Positions 51,401-63,900 of a DNA stretch of 64,000 nt are shown one piece after another. The position numbers and the translations under genes are program-made. This DNA is from Hydrurus foetidus (lineage: Eukaryota), in assembly GCA_900617105.1 (NCBI GenBank), contig UYFQ01000806.1:1-64000 (forward strand), in the 5' to 3' direction. The number at the start of each line of letters is the position of its first letter. Position 1 is the stretch's first letter. Below the pieces are notes generated by a model that was not told the DNA's origin, searched no databases, and saw nothing but the letters and a program-made list of their open reading frames with translations.

Positions 51401-53070
51401 GTGATCGCAGATGAGACGTAGCACCGCTGTTGCAGTGCAGTGCATGGTGTTAGAAATTATCGGCTGTATCTCTTGTGTGATCATCAGTCGAGAGAGATAT
51501 CAACATGTCGAGTCGTGTTCAGTGAGTAAAGTGAGAGATGTTCTGCATGCTGTTACATGAGAGTGATGCATCGTATCGTGATAGACGAATGCCTATCTTC
51601 TCAGCGATCAGAAGATGAGATGCTCACCTGCAAGTAGTCATACAGCTGTGCAGTAGTCTCTCCTCCTTTCGCTTGTGACTGATCCGAAGTGAGCCTCCTC
51701 TCCTCCAGACAGAGGTACACTCTATCAATAGACAGGTGACTCGTATGTTGCAAGCAGTAGCGAGACATAAAATAGTCGCTTTTACTGCTATTTCTGCAGT
51801 CCATGTATTGAGCCTCATCTTGATCTTCAAGCTTATCGGACTGTGGACCTGCACATTTCAGAACACCACTTACCGATCTCGCGATACGCTGCCATATCAC
51901 CGGATAGAAAGAAGAAGGATGAAGCCACACACAGTGGCTCACGCTTAAAAAGTCAGTTGAAGCGTGAATCTTATCTTCAATACTTTTAACACCAGGTTGA
52001 ATTATTGATTCTATGGGAAGATTGTCATCTTTCGACTGATTTGCCTTTTTTGATTTGTCGCCAAGTATCCAAGAGTTGAGCTGTTCCATAGCTGCGAGAA
52101 ATTGAGCTGTGTTTGTTACCAGCTGTACTTCATCGGAGAGGAACTTTGACTGCTTGCCATGTTGATTTGGGCTATTAAATGAGGTATCGGTCTGTCGCGT
52201 GAGAGTAGCAGCGGCACTCGAAATTGATGAGTTATGTGCTGTGCTGTTTTGTCTCACCCTTTTTGGAGAGTGCACAGGTCTCGAGAATCTGACCACCGTC
52301 ACTATATGCAGTTTTGACAGTACATGAGGGAGTAGCTCTCTTTGAATCTTCTTCAAAGCAGACGTGACAGCTGATATCTCTCTGCTGTCACCGAGATGGC
52401 ACAGAACTTTACCGCTCAGCGTATCCCCCTTCAAGAGTCCCCTTTCGCCCTCCATCATTTTTGAAGCTGGAGAAATAGGAGAGGGATCCTTGCAGATGCG
52501 ATGCACAAAGCGTTCCCAGCGCAGCCTTGATACCCTACCTGTAAGCTTTAATTGTGTCGTTTGAAGCAGATATTCTTGGCGACGACACAGACGGACTTCG
52601 CTTTTCCCATATTCTCCAATTATCTCAAAAACGAGTTCTCTCATCCGCCGCTCTGCGCCTTGAGCTTGCTGAATTAATCTCCTCTTCGATATCTCTTTGT
52701 GTCGGAGGCAAGCTGCTTCTGTTTGAAAGTAGATTGACTCCATTGTCTGCACTTTCAGAGTCTCCGTTCGAATTTTTGAGGATAAACTTCTGACTGTAAG
52801 CATTCGCGTCTTCTTTATATACTCTAGTCGAGATGTAGTCGCATCTCTGATCCCTCTCTCACTTAAAGCGCATAGTGCGTCTTCCATATTGTGTGCCCTT
52901 CTGCTGTCATTCACTTCACTATCTGCTGATCTTGATGTGTATAGTAGCGACTGGAATGCATCGAATACTGCATCAAATGGATCAATGCCAGGCAACAAAT
53001 TACAGCCGCTGCTGCTACAGCCATTTAGATGTTTGCAGTTAATACCGCTGCTGCCGATAATCGGGATCAT
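48449..53070 (-). CDS. Large multi-exon hypothetical protein with coiled-coil and low-complexity regions
   Basis: Chain of same-strand ORFs (51601..53070, 51121..51363, 49793..51028, 49075..49866, 48449..48829) separated by intron-like gaps; no recognisable domain. Confidence 0.5.
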
Positions 53071-53490
53071 CGCTTCCAGTCCAGCTTCCCAATTTTGAGC
53101 TATTTCGGAGGAGCAATTTCCTGTGGAGAGGCACTAACGATTAAGAACAGTACCCTCGGCATCCCCACTTCCCCCGATGTTGCACGACGGCAGACAGTGT
53201 CATTTTATGCAGCTGTGGCGTCACTACAAGATTTCTCACTTATCACCTCCGTGGTTCCCCGAGATGATTGATCAGAGGTCACAGAGTGGGGTAACGGATC
53301 GATCTCAGTTACATTTTACATTTTACCGTTCATTCGGTATATTCAAATCGTATCCGGATGTATTCCGTACACCTATATTTCGAGTTGCACAAGCGATTCC
53401 GATTCCTATGTCGACCACATCCGACATGGCTCTGTTGAACTTCACTTAAGATTTAGCATTAATAAACTCCAAATTTAAACCACAAGCACT

Positions 53491-54054
53491 ATGTTCTTCC
53501 GCGTCCTTCTCATCTCCATGCTTGTTGTAAGTTGACCTCAGAATCATTCCTGCCTAAACTTTTGCTGAACTGCAATCCATGCCAACCGGTTGCGATGACT
53601 TTTACTAATAGTTATACACAACTTTCGAATGGTTAGGCACTAACGGTGGCGTTCAAGAGAGCGCCGCTACAGATGAATGTCGGCAATAAGGTGAATGCAC
53701 CACTTAGTAGGAAACCGCGAGTTGGGATGCAGTGACACTGAATCATTTTAAATTGCTTTTTCACTGTAGATTGCGGCCGCCTTCTTTGCCGGTGTCATGA
53801 TCGTATCTCCATCATCGTCATTTGCCGCCGACGTCCCAGCCCAAATTGTAGAGAAGCGTGCCAAGTTTTCTATTGGGGCCGGAATCCAAAACTCCCTTGA
53901 CATCAACAAACGCGCCAAATTCTCCATTGGAGCTGGTATCCAGAAATCTAACGTTCTTGAGAAGAGAGCGAAATTCTCGATCGGCGCCGGAATCCAGAAC
54001 TCAATCGACCTCGAGAAGAGAGCGAAATTTAGCATTGGAGCAGGAATCCAATAG
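53491..54054 (+). CDS. Secreted repeat-peptide precursor (KEX2-processed repeat protein-like), 106 aa, exons 53491-53526 and 53770-54054
   Basis: Spliced product MFFRVLLISMLV|IAAAFFAGVMIVSPSSSFAADVPAQIVEKR-AKFSIGAGIQ-NSLDINKR-AKFSIGAGIQ-KSNVLEKR-AKFSIGAGIQ-NSIDLEKR-AKFSIGAGIQ*; canonical phase-0 GTAAGT...TTTTTCACTGTAG intron. Confidence 0.85.
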
Positions 54055-54790
54055 ACAGTACTCCACACACCCCTTCCAATTATGTAATTCCCAATCCTGT
54101 TCAAACCCGTATATGAGAGTGTAAATGTTAACCGTAGACGTAGATATAATGGATGGCAGATATGCCACACTCCTATTTTGAGGATTACAGCGACAGACGA
54201 GCAGAAAAGGCTTCCTATTCCCTCTGCGAAATAATGAGGAAAGTGGGACTCCACTTTTCCCCTCTGCGATCACGAAAAAGAATTCAGTAGGCGAAACGAG
54301 CAAATATTATTCCCCGATGCAATTGAAAACCCATCTTACTTCCTAATACAATCAAGAACGCTGCGAAACGCCCGAAATTTGAGGGAGGCGACTACTGACA
54401 ATACCCAAAACACAAATGATGTAAGATAGTCATAGAATCAAAGCTACTCAGAGGACTGTTGAAGCACTTCCCTCAAAATTTCGAACTCTGCCTCCGATCA
54501 AATGTATCTTGACACGCTCGTGGTTCTGAATTGTTAATTTCACGTAATAAGAACTCCTCCATCGATTCTATTCAAAATTCAATACCATCAAGTACACAGT
54601 GGAGCAGCTACTGTACAATGTACGTTCAAAGTACTTCCAATCATCCAATAAGTGCTGCAGGCTCTAGCCACAACAGTCCACCGTTGATTGTGCCGATTGA
54701 AATCCTACATTCTTCAACATATTTGACGCCTCGTAGCTAGAGAGACGAGTAATCGACCCCGGCTCATCTCATAGCAGCTGAAATTTCCAC

Positions 54791-55858
54791 ATGTCTGACA
54801 TATCGTGGTTGACAGCTGTGTTTTGCCCTCTTCTGGGGGTCATAATCTCCAATGCAAGAGCTATGGCGCCAGTCAATGCACTTATTCGCGCCAGAAGAGA
54901 TAAAAAACTTGGTAAAGTCTGACAACTACCTCGATGTTGAAAATCCATACCACTCCTCCTAACACGCGTCCATGTTTTATTTTTTCCAGGTCCCCTCAGT
55001 CCGATACCTTTCGCGTTGATAACGAATAACTGCATGGGCTGGACCATCTATGCGGTACTTAACGGAGACTACTACATCTTTACGTCGAATTGCTTTTCGA
55101 TGATACTAGGCCTCGGTCTCTGCTTGACAGCAGTTCACATACTTGAACATACTGATCACAAGGCCAATCCAAGGGACAAAGTTCTGAGGCTTCGGGTAGA
55201 GACAATTCTTATGTGCAGCTCGTCTTTTTGGTTAACAATCATATTTATAGTCGGCATCGTGTTACACTCACCAAAGTACAGCTCCTTGAACATTTTAATC
55301 GTCGGGTCTTTCAGCTGTATATGTTCCCTGGTATTCTACGCCGCTCCCCTGACGAACATCACTGATATTATAAAGAAAAAGGATTCCTCATCACTCTATG
55401 CCCCAGCAATAGCGGTCAATCTTATATGCTGCGTCCTGTGGTTTTTCTACGGGTTACTTGGTGTTAAGCAAATGATAGTATGGATTCCGAACGGTGTTGG
55501 TGCTGCCCTCTGCATATTTGAACTTATCATATGCTGCATTTATCCGCCGATCACAGATGTTGGTTTCGATGGACAGATAAAGGAGGACTATTCCGCATCA
55601 GATTTCGCAGTATATGCTAGCAGCAGGCACATGTCCTCAGCTGATTTGATCCCTCTGCTAGGAACGTACTTCGTCTCAAGAGATGGGTCACCTTTACCCT
55701 CAGCCTCATCCCGTCTTTCTGGCAAAGCAAAAATGCACGGAAATCTCCACAGCATACCAGAGGATTCTGTCAGATCAAGAGCAGCAACTACCACGGAAAT
55801 TGAAAGCCGTGAAAACTTTCCTCGAGCTCTTAGAGGGTCGCTATCTCTTAAAGAATAG
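54791..55858 (+). CDS. SWEET/MtN3 family sugar transporter, intron 54912-54989
   Basis: AP...LG|PLSPIPFALITNNCMGWTIYA; second repeat FYAAPL...KKKDSSS...LWFFYGL...WIPNGVG; about 7 TM segments. Confidence 0.87.
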
Positions 55859-56688
55859 ATGCTATTTTGTTCTGTCATGATCATGCCCAAAAAAATTCTT
55901 ACAATTTGCACGCAAAACAACATGATGATTTCAAATCGAAAATCATGAAAGTGCCACGGGGTGATAATGAAACCACTCCTAGACCATCAACTTAACGCCT
56001 TCAATCTGCGTTTCGCCATCAGCATATCAATGGGATTATCAAACTAATGTGGATATAGTTACCTTTCTTAGGTATGATGGAATCTTCGACTTACTTCCCG
56101 ATTTCAACCTTACAAACATCGAGTAGTAACTATTTATGTCCTTTTTCATTAAACAAAAGAATATCTCCTTAAAACCATTTTAACTTCAGCCCAACACTTC
56201 AGCAGTGTAAAAGATTCTTCTCACTGGCATTGATTTCAAACGAATTTTAATAACTTATCATACTTGTAAATCAATTGATGATGTTAATTCCCGAATGTCC
56301 ACGAAATCTAAATGGATCCGGGCCCGAGAGCCAAAAACCCAATCAAATTACGCTGATTGATGGACATGTGCGAGTAGTTTGCTCCTACTGGCGTCTCGAT
56401 GATTGCAAACGATTACGTATAAATTTGAAAAACCTTAATATACAATATATTATCAACTTTAACTGGGTGGGGGGCATCACTCAATAATTCCATAATTCCA
56501 TAATTCATAATTCCATAGCTCACGGTCCAAGTTCTGAGTTCTCCCCTCTTCTGTGGGGAAGATTCTTCGGATGGTCAGTGTTCAGTAACTTGAAGGCTCT
56601 TTCAATTGATACAGTCGCTGTATGGAACTCTTCAGTCCCAATCAGCCACAAAAGAATCCCACAGTCAGTAGAACTCGCCAAAACTGCA

Positions 56689-57737
56689 ATGACGCTCTCT
56701 CCCGAGCCAAGGCATGTAACTGCTGCCCTCAATTATCAATCAGCTGCTATCCAGTCATCATTGAGATCGACAGGAAAAATATATGTTGATCGTACAGCCA
56801 CAGGATCAGGTGTCTCATCTTATTCATTCAATGCCCGCACATTCAGCACACGTGCTCATGAGAAGCTTTCCTTTTAACAGATCCTGCGCCAGTGGGGCTC
56901 GAAACAGTATCTGTCGAGGTGCAGATTACGGATGGTCGCGCACTACAGATGACCCTTGACAATAATGGCTTTACCATGATTCCCCATGAATATAATCACA
57001 TCGATTACTACAATGAGTCCCAAGTGCTGAACGTTTACTATCCAGAGTGTTGCAGATTGGTCAAGGAGGTGACTGGCGCAAAAAAGGTATTTGCATTTGA
57101 TCACAACATTCGATCAACTCCCAAGAGCGATGGTGATAATTCCGAACGACGAGAAATTGTTGGTGGAAATATGGTTCAAGTACCAATTGCGCTCGTCCAC
57201 AATGATTACACTCTTACTGCGGCACCCAAAAGGATTCAATTGCTCGGCGAAGCACCAAAAATCAATGACACTTTGAGGAAGGTACTGGGAGAAACTCCTC
57301 TGTTGTCCGAGAAAGATTTGAAAGAAATTGAGGGAAGCCGGTACGTCTTCATAAACGTGTGGCGGAATATTGCCAACGAAGGAGTACAAGACATGCCCCT
57401 TGCTTTATGCGATGCACAGTCGTTTGTGCCTGAGGATCTCGTGACATTCGAAGTTCGATATGAGGACCGCATTGGCGAGAATTACTTCGTGAAGCATTCT
57501 CCCAGCCATAAGTGGGTATATTTCTCAGAGATAATGAAAAACGAAGCAATATTGCTGAAAGTGTGGGATTCACACGGAGCGATTACGGCAATTGAGCACC
57601 CTGAAGAGGCTGGGAAGCATACAGCAGAGCTGATCCCTGCATCTTTCAGCTTCCACACTGCCTTTAAGGATCCTACAGCCAAAACTGAATGCCCTAAAAG
57701 GCAGAGTATCGAGTGCCGTCTAGTTGCCGTTTATTAA
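56689..57737 (+). CDS. CmcJ/NvfI/AsaB-like Fe(II)/2-oxoglutarate-type oxidoreductase, intron 56810-56880
   Basis: DGR...LDNNGF, YYPE, FDHNIR, VHNDYT (HxD), INVWRNI, PLALCDAQS, HKWVYFS, WDS, HTAFKDP, RQSIECR. Confidence 0.82.
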
Positions 57738-58067
57738 TAGAAGTTTAGTCAGTGATCGCTGCATTTAATTATTTTGTCTATCTGCATTAGATAATAAGCA
57801 CTGATTCGTTTAAATCCACTGTTATATTTGAATATAAGAAAGATCATGAGCAGCCTTGCCTTGCCCGTCAACAGCTGGACATTTCTTCGGAGTTAAGATG
57901 GCTCAAGTTTGTAGTCTTCATACTTGCGCATTGGTTGGCTCCGAGAATCACTTGGTCGTAAGATATTCTCGACGGAGGAGACGGTCTTGTTGTCCTCTAC
58001 GGAATTAAGTAAACCCCCTCTGCCACTGTGGATAATTGCCCACTGAATGACAACAACGGCTCTGCTT

Positions 58068-61000
58068 TCATCTGAAGGGATTAGGCATAGGAGATGGTTG
58101 TGCGGACTTGGCCCACCGATCGTGAATGCGCTGCTCCAGCAACCTCGCCAATATGTCGGTCTTCTCTTGAAGTAAAGCATTCTCTCTGTCGTCATCTGGA
58201 GTACCGCTATTGATCTTGTCTTGAGCCGGAGATTTAAATCCCTTTCCTGCCGACTGTGCTGGCTTGCTATTGTCACCGCTCCCGTACTTCCGCGCACCCA
58301 GGCCTTCGCCATCTGCATCTGATGATTCTGCCAGACGTGCCAGTAGCTTCCTGACCTTTTCTCTGTGAGCAGCAGCTAGGTCTCTAGCAGCTGCTTTGTC
58401 GGTGTGACCTGTACTGGGTTTCGTGGTGGAGACTGACATCACATCAGCCCCACTAATGTTTGCACTAACACTGGCATTGATATTGACATCGATCACAGTG
58501 TCATGCGAACTCTCTCCTTCTGCCACTTTGGTGCTATCTTCCTTCGCTACGTCTGACACTGCCGACTGTTGAGCGGGGCTGTCTGACTTTGTCTCACTTC
58601 GCGAGGAGAACATAATCTCGTTGGCGGCAGAGTATGGGCCACAAATAGCTTTCGATCCCAATACGGAGTCATCAGAGTTAATCTTGTGTCCTTCATCAGT
58701 GTCATTTGTCTCATCTATACTGCTGGAGATTGACTGAATATCATCAATACTATTGCTAGCACTGTAAAAACGCTCACTCTCCTCTTCCTCCTCTTGATCA
58801 TCTACTTCCTCCTCCCAACCCATGTGGTCATCACTACCACTGCTTTCCCTACTATCACTATTACTATTGCTATCAAGCCTTTCAGCCCACCTATCATCCC
58901 TCCTCTCACCCTCCATGCCGAGAAGTATTTGAAGGAGAGCTGATTCATCGACCTGAGATATGGGCGAATCTCCACAAATGCTTTTCATATCCTTCAGCAT
59001 GGCCTCAGAGTTGTGTTCTGAGAGCAGCACAGATGGCAGGTCCCTCCTGCTACCCTTCCGTGCACCAGCCCCTACATCTAATGCAACCTCATCTCCGATA
59101 ATGTAGTCTGAAATGACAAAGTTTGCCTTTTCTTCCTTCTCAAAGTCCTCCGGATTGTAACGGCTCTTTACGTCTGCACTGTTACGTCCCAGTGCATCAC
59201 GCACCTTTTCTCGCAGCCTCGTTAGGGCGTCTCCTCCATGGAGAGACACGTCACTCTCTTCCATTGTGCCTAGTGGCCCAGCGAGGAGACGAAGATGATC
59301 TTTAAGATTGCTCAATTGTGCTGGTAGAGAGCTCCGTTGAGTCTTCTGTGTCCGTACTTTTGCAGAGGCTACAGTGGAGTGAATAAGTTGACCGCTTGTT
59401 TCGCCGACTATTTCCTTCACTACCTCCACACCCTCTGCAGCAGATGTCTCATCAGATAGAAGGACAACCTCACAGAGATACTTCGATGTCTGGAATATTT
59501 CTGATATCCTGTCGAGTCTCATGCGTACGACTGCTTTTACCGGATCATCTTGGCTTTCCTGTCGATCCCTCCGGCCACCTCCAGATTCTGCTTTCTCAGA
59601 GTCACACCAGTTCAGAAGGGTAAGCAGATAGGATGGCAGAAGTTGACCCACTCGTCTTGTATGTCCTGATGTCGTCCCTGTCAGCTGACCCATGCAGTCG
59701 GAGAGATATTGCAGTCCTCCGATGGGTAGGCCGGATCTGGCCGTAGCCACTGCAACGCCCACACGGCACAAGTCCTCGACAACTGGTAAGTCAAATCCTG
59801 GTGGACCGTTGAATGACGGAGATCAGTTACACCAAAACAGTTGAAAGGAAGAGATCTGATGAAGGTCAACAAGAGCTGCATAAAGTGAAATTGTATGACG
59901 GAAGTCATGAGTGACGCACCATGTCCGTATCTTCTAAAATGCTGGGACCTGTGATCCTTCTCGTCATCATGGACCGTCTTCTTCTCGAAATAATCTGGGT
60001 CCAGAGTCCACTGGGTGTGTCGCTCTTCAGCGCTCTTCAAGCAGTGCATGAAAAAGAAAGTGAAAGCGAAATTAGTCACAACAAGAATTATGTTCAACTG
60101 CAGTAAATTTATTTGTGAAACACTCAGTATTACCTCAACTGCTTTATCAAACAAATTCATGAGCTGCCTCAGAGCGTCCCATGCTAGCATTTCTGGCAAG
60201 AAACCTGGCGCAGCAGACATGTTGGTAGAATTTCATGTTAGCTTCATGCCACATATTTCCTCGGCATGGAAGGTGAGAGGAGGGATGATAGGTGGGCTGA
60301 AAGGAGTGATAGCAATAGTGATGGTAGTGCTATGGATGTTGCACCTTCGAGAACTCTTTCAATTTTATGATGGAAGAATTGCCGAAAGGAAACCAGAGTA
60401 CAGACGAGGAATGCATGTGCCGGACTTACTGACTTAACAAGGATTCATAGAAAGACGATGAGATGGAGTCACCTGGTTCTAGCAGTATGATGTCAATAGA
60501 GGTGCCGATTAGAGCTAGTAATCTATCGTGTAACAGTTCCATCGGTGCTCTGTATGTCAAGCTGGGTTGTACGAGACACAAATCAGGAGCGACTGACTGG
60601 ATGTATCTCTTCGAAAAGTGACTTCTTTCTTGATTATTCATTTCCGCTTCTCGCACCATATCATGGCTCTGCGTGCCTGCAGCTTCAGTGCCTCTGCTGT
60701 GTGTTGCTGATGTTGATACGAATGTTCTTCTAATAGCTGCTACTGCTGCTAATTCAGCTCCAAGTGATGGCATACCAGGAATGGTAACTAGCAGAACTGG
60801 ACTATTCGACTCTGAGCACTCAAGTGCGTGCTTTGATGAGAAGAACACATCGACTTCGTGAAGTGTCATTCCTGCAAGATCCTCTTTATTTTCAAGAGAA
60901 TTGACCAACATGCTTGCCAGCTTTGCTGACTCTAAAACACTGCCACAACCCATTGCAATAATAGCCCCACAGTTACTTCCAACAGCTGCTACTGCTACCT

Positions 61001-61451
61001 CGTACACATCCTTATTCGTCGGCTCCTCTGTAACACTGCAAGTAACTATATTGAATCCTCGAGGCTCCAATTCCCACAATATGGGGTCAAGTCTGGCACT
61101 GTTCCAACCTGAGATGAGCAAAACACTTCGGGTCTTTTCCTCGATAAGATTGACCCCATGTTCGATTGCATTAGAGCCGAAAATAATCTGCGAAGTCAAT
61201 TGGAAACCTTTCTTCGAAAGAAACGGAGAGAACCCTAAAGAGTCAGAGCCAGCTCTATCATGTGACGTTTGAGAAATCTGGGTTATCAGACCATAAACCT
61301 TTTTGTTTGCTGATGGCCACATTTGCGACTGACCCTTTCTAATTGACTGTGTTCTTGGGTACTTTTCAAGGAAGTAACACTCGATGAAAAGAGCGTGCAG
61401 GGCGATCACTGTCACCAGAGCCATCAAACAACTTGGGGGCTTTTTCGGCAT
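58068..61451 (-). CDS. Protein with degenerate iron-containing alcohol dehydrogenase-like N-terminal region and long acidic low-complexity C-terminus; multi-exon, may be two genes
   Basis: IIFGSNAI...EEPT...IIAMGCGSVLESAK (cf. GGGSxxDxAK), TIPGMPSLGAE (cf. IPTTAGTGSE), PDLCLVQPSLT; then ORFs 59681..60220 and 58068..59771. Confidence 0.5.
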
Positions 61452-62550
61452 CCCTATCTACAGCATGAAATAAGCCTCACAGCCCCAAAGACATGATTGA
61501 GAGCTGCGAGTCGCGAGCAGCATCAGTAGCCTGCAGAAGAGCTGACGATGTTTCATGATCTGAAGCAGCCTCTATCACACTTTATCATGATTCATGATCT
61601 TCCACATCACTTTATACTGTACATACACAACGTACATACATACATACCGTCTAGTCCCATATGTTTGGTAAACGGTTTTGTCAAAATGACTGATTTTCGA
61701 GTATAGCAAGTGCAATAATGAAGAAAAGTTAGGGTATTGTTCAATCATATGGGGCTAGACAGTACATACATTTATACTCAGATGCATGCATATTATATGC
61801 ATAATTACGTCCAGACAGACATACATTCACATGCATATGTACATGTCTATGTATCACAAAAAGATATTTACATACATACATACATACATGCATACATAAG
61901 TACATGTGCCCACACGCCTATTTGCCACTTACAGATAGATACATACATATACGCAACATCAGAAAAAATTTCCTCCATAACACAACTCACCAGTCATCGA
62001 GTAAATGATAACTTTAGTAGACTACCTCATCGTTATCACTCATGTCAATGCTTGTCAGTCCCTCCGATGGCTGTCCTACCTCAGCTCGTGATGCATCTGT
62101 CAGCTGAGGGTAGTGAGCAAGACTGACTGTCTCAATTATGCGTCGAGGTACAGTATAAATACGTTCATCATAGTCATCCTTCTCAGAGCAGTACTATCTT
62201 GTTAAGTTCATTATTGCTTCTACCATGAGTCTCATGCTTTAATATTCAGAAAACCCAACTCTAACCCTTACCGAATGCGGTATCTCCGATGGATTAGGTG
62301 AATACAAAATAGACGTGAATGGGTCTCATGTTTGTTATTACAACTGAGGAAGTCCTCAAATCGACAGTACAGGTTCAGGTCGCAGCATATCGAAAATGCA
62401 ACACTGAGAGAAATAACGAGGGACATACTTATCATCCCTCCTGTTTCTATCGGCACGCAGATCCCGTCCACCTCCTCCCATCCCTCCTCCCTCCAGCATG
62501 CTGCTAGCCATGTCAACAGAGGTCGGGTAGGGTCAGATACCTCCTGGGTT

Positions 62551-63900
62551 TTAGAAGATTTCTTGGATGTCAGATACCTCCTGGGTTCGATAAGCTTCCG
62601 AGTGGAGTTCGCTACTGCTGCCACTGCTGCTGTTGCTGCTCCTTGGTGTGGGCTGCTGATAGCCACCCCCTGCTTCTGATTCTTCTCCGTCATGGTCCAC
62701 TCCAGGATCAACTCTGTCTGCATCTGCTTTGATATCGATCCGAGCTCTAACGATTCCAACTGCGTCGCTGCTTGCTGACCGCTTTCGCTTATTTCTGGGT
62801 CCTTTACTTTTACTGTTGAAAATGACCCAGGACATATCGTCAGCTTCGAAAATACTCTTTTTATCGACCAACTCAGTGGGTCCCTTGTAAAGATTGTCCT
62901 GGAGACTGTGAGCCCGTGACTGGTCGTTAGGGAACTTGCAGAACCAATTAAAAAATTCTTTCTCCTTCTTGTTCGTCACTTTGTTATCGATCGCACCCAA
63001 GATCCAACCCTTTCTATCGTGTTTGAAGTAATAAGCGAGGAACTTCCCCTTCCACGCTCCTCTACTCCTCATCTCCTCCAGTGAATGCATATGGAGCTCT
63101 TTCGACTTCATCCTCTCCACTATTTGCCTCATCTGATCTGCGGCTTTTTCTGGAGTAAGCGGAGGTTCGGTACTTTCCGGGTGGAATCTTTTGACTCCAT
63201 TTGCGTCCACAATTTGAGGCCTTTTACCGTCGCATCGACGTTGATGGTGCCTATCGACATTACTGTCGCTGAGAGGGGCATTTTCGCTCACGAGATGACT
63301 AGTGAATGGAAGATGTAGGGCAGGAATCTTCATCCGAAACGGGTCAGAGCCGAAGTTGAATCCTACAGACTGGTCCTCGTTGAGACTGACGCATGGATGC
63401 AATCCCCGAGCTACGTCTTCTTCACCAAGATGAAAGGGACCAACTTTAGAGATAGGCAGGCCATCTTCCTGATACCCGTGGATCAGGTAGAAGTACATCT
63501 CGGCCGTCTCTGCAGTCAGCGCGATGCTGCAGCCGATGCATCCCTCAGGCCCGAAATCGAAGGGTTCCTTGGTCTCTCTTACTTTACTCCCGTTGCGGAG
63601 CATGAAGTTTCCGTTGTGCGCCCAAGAGTGACGATCATCGCCCACGCCTTTGCTCTTGCCGTCCCCTCCTTTGATGGCCCCACTAGCCCAGCCGACCAGC
63701 TCCCCTCCTGTTATCGCCACTTCGTAATATAACGACACTTTACCAGAAACTGGATACATGCAACCCACGCTATAGAGTTCAGGTTCGTGAGATCCATCGG
63801 AATCACAGCTGTCAGATCCATCGGAATCAGAGCTGTTAGATCCATCGGAGTCAGAGCTGTCCGGGCCGTCAGAGTCGTCAAAGAAGCCTTTACAAACCAA
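62551..63900 (-). CDS. SPRY/B30.2-domain protein, probably 5'-partial
   Basis: YYEVAI...VGWA...GVGDDRHSWA...IGCSI...LHPCVSL...FNFGSDPF; preceded by DSSDSDGS repeats. Confidence 0.7.
   Translation of the reverse strand: MVCKGFFDDSDGPDSSDSDGSNSSDSDGSDSCDSDGSHEPELYSVGCMYPVSGKVSLYYEVAITGGELVGWASGAIKGGDGKSKGVGDDRHSWAHNGNFMLRNGSKVRETKEPFDFGPEGCIGCSIALTAETAEMYFYLIHGYQEDGLPISKVGPFHLGEEDVARGLHPCVSLNEDQSVGFNFGSDPFRMKIPALHLPFTSHLVSENAPLSDSNVDRHHQRRCDGKRPQIVDANGVKRFHPESTEPPLTPEKAADQMRQIVERMKSKELHMHSLEEMRSRGAWKGKFLAYYFKHDRKGWILGAIDNKVTNKKEKEFFNWFCKFPNDQSRAHSLQDNLYKGPTELVDKKSIFEADDMSWVIFNSKSKGPRNKRKRSASSDAVGIVRARIDIKADADRVDPGVDHDGEESEAGGGYQQPTPRSSNSSSGSSSELHSEAYRTQEVSDIQEIF
63790..63879. repeat. 24-bp coding minisatellite (DSSDSDGS units)
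   Basis: AGATCCATCGGAATCAGAGCTGTC-like unit, three copies plus a degenerate fourth. Confidence 0.8.

Noticed and set aside
53853..54051. 54-nt periodic repeat as a CRISPR array
   Set aside because: Repeats differ at third codon positions, spacers are only 18 nt and in frame, the context is eukaryotic and there are no cas genes
53748..54254. 168-aa minus-strand ORF with FWIPAP(I/M)EN repeats
   Set aside because: Antisense shadow of the peptide precursor. Its repeats vary in amino acids, whereas the + strand cores are invariant with synonymous changes and come with a signal peptide and splice sites
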